64,000 nucleotides of DNA from Elusimicrobiota bacterium (lineage in GTDB: Bacteria; Elusimicrobiota; Elusimicrobia; UBA1565; UBA9628), in the NCBI GenBank assembly GCA_027452025.1, contig DAIDHI010000080.1, positions 58-64,057 on the forward strand. Reading direction: 5' to 3'. Of the stretch, positions 59,861 through 64,000 are shown piece by piece. The notes under the pieces are model-generated. The model made no database searches. It was not told the origin of the DNA and worked only from the letters and a program-made list of their open reading frames with translations. Position numbers and translations under genes: made by a program. How positions within the stretch are numbered: the stretch's first letter is position 1; every line of letters starts with the position of its first letter.

Positions 59861-60241
59861 ATGCCAATCACCACAGATCGTCAGACGTCCGTCGCGGGAG
59901 CCGTGGACTATTTCCGCGCCAAGCTCCAGTTCGAGACGACGCCGCACCAAGTCAAGGCCGCCGTCGAGCATGGCGACATCGTGCTCCTCGACGTGCGCGA
60001 CGCCGAGTCCTACAAGGCCGAACGCATCCCCGGCGCCAAGAACGTCCCCATGACCGAGCTCGAGAAGCACCTCAAGAGCCTGCCCAAGGACAAGACCCTC
60101 GTGACCTACTGCTGGAACATCACCTGCGCCATGGCGCCCAAGGCGGCCCTCATGCTGGCCGAGAAAGGCTTCCAGGTCCAGGAGCTCGTCGGCGGCCTGG
60201 AGGAATACCGCAAGAAGTTTCCCACCGAAAAGGCCAAGTAG
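59861..60241 (+). CDS. rhodanese-domain sulfurtransferase
   Basis: AGGAGG SD. VLLDVRDAESYKAERIPGAKNVP. Active-site loop CWNITC. Confidence 0.8.
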   Translation: MPITTDRQTSVAGAVDYFRAKLQFETTPHQVKAAVEHGDIVLLDVRDAESYKAERIPGAKNVPMTELEKHLKSLPKDKTLVTYCWNITCAMAPKAALMLAEKGFQVQELVGGLEEYRKKFPTEKAK

Positions 60242-60259
60242 ATCGCCTGTCGCCGTCTC

Positions 60260-60294
60260 GACCCCGCTCGCCCCGCGAGCGGGGTCTTTTTTTT
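60260..60294 (+). terminator. rho-independent terminator
   Basis: GACCCCGCTCG-cccg-CGAGCGGGGTC followed by T8. Confidence 0.8.
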
Positions 60295-61478
60295 CAGCGC
60301 AAGACCAGCCGCGAGTCCGGCGGCCACAGGCGCGGCGTCTGATCCCGGCCGAAGCCCCGGGCCGCGTCCTCGACGCGCGGCGCGAGATAGCGCTCGAGGC
60401 CCGCGGCCGTCACGCGGCCGGAGGCGTCGGCGGCCTCGCCGTCGAGGCCCTTGAGCAGGTAATACGTGAAGGCGCCATGGCCGACGCGGTCGAGCGAGAC
60501 GGAGACTTGCCTCGGGCCGGAGGCCGTCAGGACGGTCAGCGTGGGGTCGCGAGGCAGAGCTGATTCGACCCGCGTGACCAGCGGGCGGACGTTGGAGGCC
60601 AGGACCGAGCGCGGGCCCGCGCCCGAAAAGCAGGCGTCGAGCGCGACGAAGGTTTGGCGCGCGCCGAGCTCGGAAAGGTCGGCATAGAGGCGTTTGAGCG
60701 GGAAGCCAGTTTTCTTGAGGTAGTTCGCATCGCCGTCCCAGGGCACCAGATAAGCCGCGCCGGTGACCGGGTCCGGCGCTCCGTGGCCGGAAAAGAAGAA
60801 ATAGACCCGGCTGTCCTCCTTGACGCGGCGAGGCAGCCACAGCTCCAGGTATTTCTCCAGGCTCGCCAGCCCGGCCTTGTCGTCGGCCAGGAAGACCACG
60901 TTGCGCGGCGGCACGCCCAGGGCGAGCAGGTGCCGGTAGACGGCCCGGGCGTCGCGCACGGCGTAGCGCGCGTCGGGCAGGTCCGAATAATGCTCGACGC
61001 CGACGGCCACGGCCAGGTCGTGCGGCCGCTGCGGCAGCCGGTAGTCCGGCTCGGCCAGCGGGTCCTCGGAGCCGGGCAGCGGCCCGGGCGCGGACGGCTG
61101 GGCCCCGGCCGCCGGCAGCGAGGCGAGCAGGCCGGGGTCGGAGAGCAGCCGGCGGGCGACCTTCCGCGACAAGTCGCGCATCGCGCCCGACCACGTCCAG
61201 AGGCTGCGCGTCTCGACTGAAAAAAGCCGCCGCGAGCGGGCGCCGTCGTAGACGTCCGCGGTGAATCCCACGCCGCGCCCGAGCTCTATTTGCAGGTCGC
61301 AGTCCCGCTTGCCCTGCCGCGCGCGGTCAAACTCCGCGGCGTAGCGCAGAAACAGGGGAACCAGCGGCTCGTCGTCGGCGGTCTTGGCCGAGACGCAGAC
61401 CGCGGCGTCGAACCCCGCGCGCGCCGGCGCGGCGGCGGGCCCGAAGGACGACAGAAGGAGCAGAAGCGCGGCGGTCAT
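60294..61478 (-). CDS. caspase-domain (peptidase C14) secreted protein
   Basis: Signal peptide. His-Gly (YFFFSGHG) and Cys (ALDACFSG) catalytic dyad blocks. Confidence 0.7.
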   Translation of the reverse strand: MTAALLLLLSSFGPAAAPARAGFDAAVCVSAKTADDEPLVPLFLRYAAEFDRARQGKRDCDLQIELGRGVGFTADVYDGARSRRLFSVETRSLWTWSGAMRDLSRKVARRLLSDPGLLASLPAAGAQPSAPGPLPGSEDPLAEPDYRLPQRPHDLAVAVGVEHYSDLPDARYAVRDARAVYRHLLALGVPPRNVVFLADDKAGLASLEKYLELWLPRRVKEDSRVYFFFSGHGAPDPVTGAAYLVPWDGDANYLKKTGFPLKRLYADLSELGARQTFVALDACFSGAGPRSVLASNVRPLVTRVESALPRDPTLTVLTASGPRQVSVSLDRVGHGAFTYYLLKGLDGEAADASGRVTAAGLERYLAPRVEDAARGFGRDQTPRLWPPDSRLVLR

Positions 61479-62493
61479 GCGGCGGGGCGGGGCTAGCCGC
61501 AAGGGTAGCCCCGGCCGCGGCTCCCGTCAAGGCGTCGAGGGCCCAGCGCGCGGCGCCGGTCGCCACGGCGAGGTCCCCCAGCCGCGCCGGGACGACGCGC
61601 ACGACGCGCGCGATCGGGGCCAAGGCATGGCGGCGCATGGTCTTTTCGGCCTCCGGCACGATGATGTCCCCCAAGGCCTTCACCAGGCCTCCGCCGAGGA
61701 CGACCATGTCGGGATTGAGAAAGTTCACGAGGTTGGCGAGCACCAGGCCCACGACGCTTGCGCGGCTGCGCACGAGCTCCTCCAGCTGAGCGTCGCCCTT
61801 GCGGATGGCGCGGGCCATGACGTCGGCGCGGATGTCGAGGAGGTTGGCCCCCGCCTCGCGAAACAGCGCGGGCGCCCACTGCTTGGCCGCGAGCGCCGCG
61901 GCCTGCGCGGCCACGGCGTGGCGGCTGGCGATGTCGTCGAAGAGACCCTGCCGCCCGGAGCCCGAGAGCGGCCCCAAGGCGTCGAGCAGGTAGTGGCCGA
62001 TCTCGCCGGCGAGGCCCGAGGAGCCCTGGTAAAGCCGGCCTTCGAGGATGATCGCCCCTCCGATGCCCGTGCCCAGGAATAGGCCGATCACGTTGCGCGC
62101 CAGCGCCGCCGCGCCGAGCTTGAACTCGCCGTAGAGGCCCATTTGCGCGTCGTTGCCGACGAAAACGGGGCAGCCGGTCGCGCGGCGCAGGCGGGCGGCG
62201 ATCGGGAAGTCGCGGATGAATGGGATGTTGGGGCAGGACGCCAGCGCGCCGGACTCGGCGTCGATGAAGCCCGCGCAGCCGGCGCCCACGGCTTGGATTT
62301 CGAGGCGCTCGCGGCGGGCGCGGGCTGCCAGCCTTTGCACGCTCTCATCGAGCCTGGCCGAGAACAGGCGCAGGCCCTTATCGGGCTCCGAGCGGTGCAG
62401 CAGCGACTCGACGGGCCGCAGCTTCTCGTCGAAAAGCGCCGCCAGCACTTTGGAGCCGCCCAGATCCAGGCCCAGGTAAGCCCGCCCGCTCAT
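61327..62493 (-). CDS. ROK family protein (sugar kinase/regulator) with Ala/Arg-rich C-terminal tail
   Basis: YLGLDLGGSKV N-terminus. GTGIGGAI and GEIGH motifs. The last about 80 codons are low-complexity and overlap the caspase gene start; true stop uncertain. Confidence 0.65.
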   Translation of the reverse strand: MSGRAYLGLDLGGSKVLAALFDEKLRPVESLLHRSEPDKGLRLFSARLDESVQRLAARARRERLEIQAVGAGCAGFIDAESGALASCPNIPFIRDFPIAARLRRATGCPVFVGNDAQMGLYGEFKLGAAALARNVIGLFLGTGIGGAIILEGRLYQGSSGLAGEIGHYLLDALGPLSGSGRQGLFDDIASRHAVAAQAAALAAKQWAPALFREAGANLLDIRADVMARAIRKGDAQLEELVRSRASVVGLVLANLVNFLNPDMVVLGGGLVKALGDIIVPEAEKTMRRHALAPIARVVRVVPARLGDLAVATGAARWALDALTGAAAGATLAASPAPPHDRRASAPSVVLRARRRAGARGVRRRGLRLGQDRRRRAAGSPVSALRRGV

Positions 62494-62553
62494 GATTGAA
62501 TTTTACCGCCGCCAAGATGACGGGCGCTTGCCCGCGAGGTCGCGATCGGTCGC

Positions 62554-63861
62554 CTAGCGAGCGGCGGCGTCGGCCTGGGTGGCGACCGGCAGGGCGGGCC
62601 GGTCCTGGTAGGCGGCGACGAAATTGCGCATGATCGTGACGACGTAAGCGCGCGTCTCCGCCGGCAGGCTGCGCCCGCGGGTGACGAACTGGTCGACGCG
62701 CCCCATGCCCGCGTTGTAGGCCGCCAGCGCGAGGATGACGGCCTTGACGGCCTGCGTCATCTGGCTCGTCGCGTCATAGCCGCCGCGGCGCACCTGGCGG
62801 TAGGCGACCTCGACGACGTCGTCGGCGTCCCTGCGGACCGCGGCCCCGAACTCGGCCATGACCTGCTGCGCGGAACGGCCGGAATAGCGCTCCAAGAGCA
62901 TCCGGAAGATGCCCGTGCCCTTATCGACGTTCTCGCGCGGCCGCAGCATCTGCGCGCGCGTCGTGTTCCAATCGCCGGGGACCACCTGCATCAGGCCGAC
63001 GGCCTGCCGGCCGCTGATCGCCGCCGTCTTGAAGTCGGATTCGATCCGGGCCATGGAGGTCACGAGCCGCGCGGCGGCGGCGCGTGCCTTGCCGAAAGAC
63101 CGAGACGCCGCGTCCAAGGCCAGGGTGTAGACTTGGCCATAGGACAGCCGCCGGGCGGCGGCCGCGTCGGGGACGGCCGCCGCGGGAACAGGGGCGAGAT
63201 CGGGCGACGAGGCCCCCGGCCAGCGCCTGGCGGGCTCGAAATCCCGCGCGACCATGGTGGAAAGGGCGTCGAGGCGGCGGCGCTCGGCGACGGGCAGGCG
63301 GTCGGCCAGGACGCCGAGGTCCACGTCGCCTCGTCCGGACTGCAGCGCGGCCACGATGCCCTCGGCCTTGGCCTTGGCGCGCGAGGCCGCCGGCCCGCGG
63401 CGCCGGCTGAGGCTTTCAACGATCGCCTTTTCGCTAGCCGTCAGGGCTTTCGCCTGCAGCCGAGCAACATAGCCCTGGACGCCCAGGGCCATGTAGCGGC
63501 CGTCCTGGGCCTGGGATTCATAGCTGAGGCGCAGGGCGCAGGAGAGGGCGGCCTTGAAGCGCTCGCCCTGCTTATTGAGCTGGGTCAGATACATGGGAGC
63601 GGCGGTGACTTTCCGGACCTCCTCCATCTCGCCCCTATAATAGGCGTAGCCTTGCGGGCACTGCGCCTCGGGCCCCGGGCTCTTATCGAGAGTTTCCGGC
63701 AGGAGCTGAAGGTAGCCCGCGGCGTCGGAGTTGAGCTGGAGCCTTTCTTGACGGACGGCCTCGGAAAACGGCACCGTCTGCGGCTTGGCGGCGCCGAGGC
63801 CCTCGGCGAAAGCGCCCTGGGCGGGGAACGCCAGGACCGCGGCGAGCAGGACCGTCTTCAT
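62554..63861 (-). CDS. lytic transglycosylase domain protein (SLT family)
   Basis: GGGGAGG SD. Signal peptide MKTVLLAAVLAFPAQGAFA. C-terminal SLT domain with ...ESDF... and AVGLMQVV block. Start moved. Confidence 0.75.
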   Translation of the reverse strand: MKTVLLAAVLAFPAQGAFAEGLGAAKPQTVPFSEAVRQERLQLNSDAAGYLQLLPETLDKSPGPEAQCPQGYAYYRGEMEEVRKVTAAPMYLTQLNKQGERFKAALSCALRLSYESQAQDGRYMALGVQGYVARLQAKALTASEKAIVESLSRRRGPAASRAKAKAEGIVAALQSGRGDVDLGVLADRLPVAERRRLDALSTMVARDFEPARRWPGASSPDLAPVPAAAVPDAAAARRLSYGQVYTLALDAASRSFGKARAAAARLVTSMARIESDFKTAAISGRQAVGLMQVVPGDWNTTRAQMLRPRENVDKGTGIFRMLLERYSGRSAQQVMAEFGAAVRRDADDVVEVAYRQVRRGGYDATSQMTQAVKAVILALAAYNAGMGRVDQFVTRGRSLPAETRAYVVTIMRNFVAAYQDRPALPVATQADAAAR

Positions 63862-64000
63862 CCTCCCCAGTATGCCCCCGGCCGCTCCCGCGGCGGCTGA
63901 GGCCAAGGGCCCATTCCCGGTTGGGACTAAAGGCCTAGGCGCGCAAGCGGCCTGCCGGCTGGCTGGCATGCTCTAAGGATAAGGGACATTCGGCGGGCCC

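Overview
High-GC (~68-70%) chromosomal segment from a diderm (Gram-negative-type) bacterium; outer-membrane barrels, a TamA/TamB pair and lipoproteins are present. Most of the window is housekeeping or central metabolism: mgtA, a fused malate synthase-isocitrate lyase, acnA, hemL, hemB, guaB, msrA, rluE, RNase P RNA and tRNA-Val. Many long antisense ORFs in the track are GC-rich frame artefacts. Two regions stand out. (1) 51.8-58.6 kb is a compact, translationally coupled operon. It encodes a MarR/GbsR regulator, a polyprenyl synthase, a PqqD/MftB-like RiPP recognition protein, three paralogous radical-SAM enzymes, a UbiA-family prenyltransferase, a 40-aa PqqA-like precursor peptide and a split YeeE/YedE transporter. 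I propose it makes a peptide-derived, possibly polyprenylated cofactor or natural product, and I do not recognise it as a described system. (2) 26.8-34.0 kb carries a second PqqD + radical-SAM pair. It sits inside a glycosyltransferase / B12-radical-SAM / 2OG-oxygenase locus. Two AT-rich perfect or near-perfect palindromes (12.4 kb and 44.1 kb) share GGTGTCAG...CTGACACC termini. RNase P RNA lies antisense to predicted ORFs at 36.4-36.8 kb.
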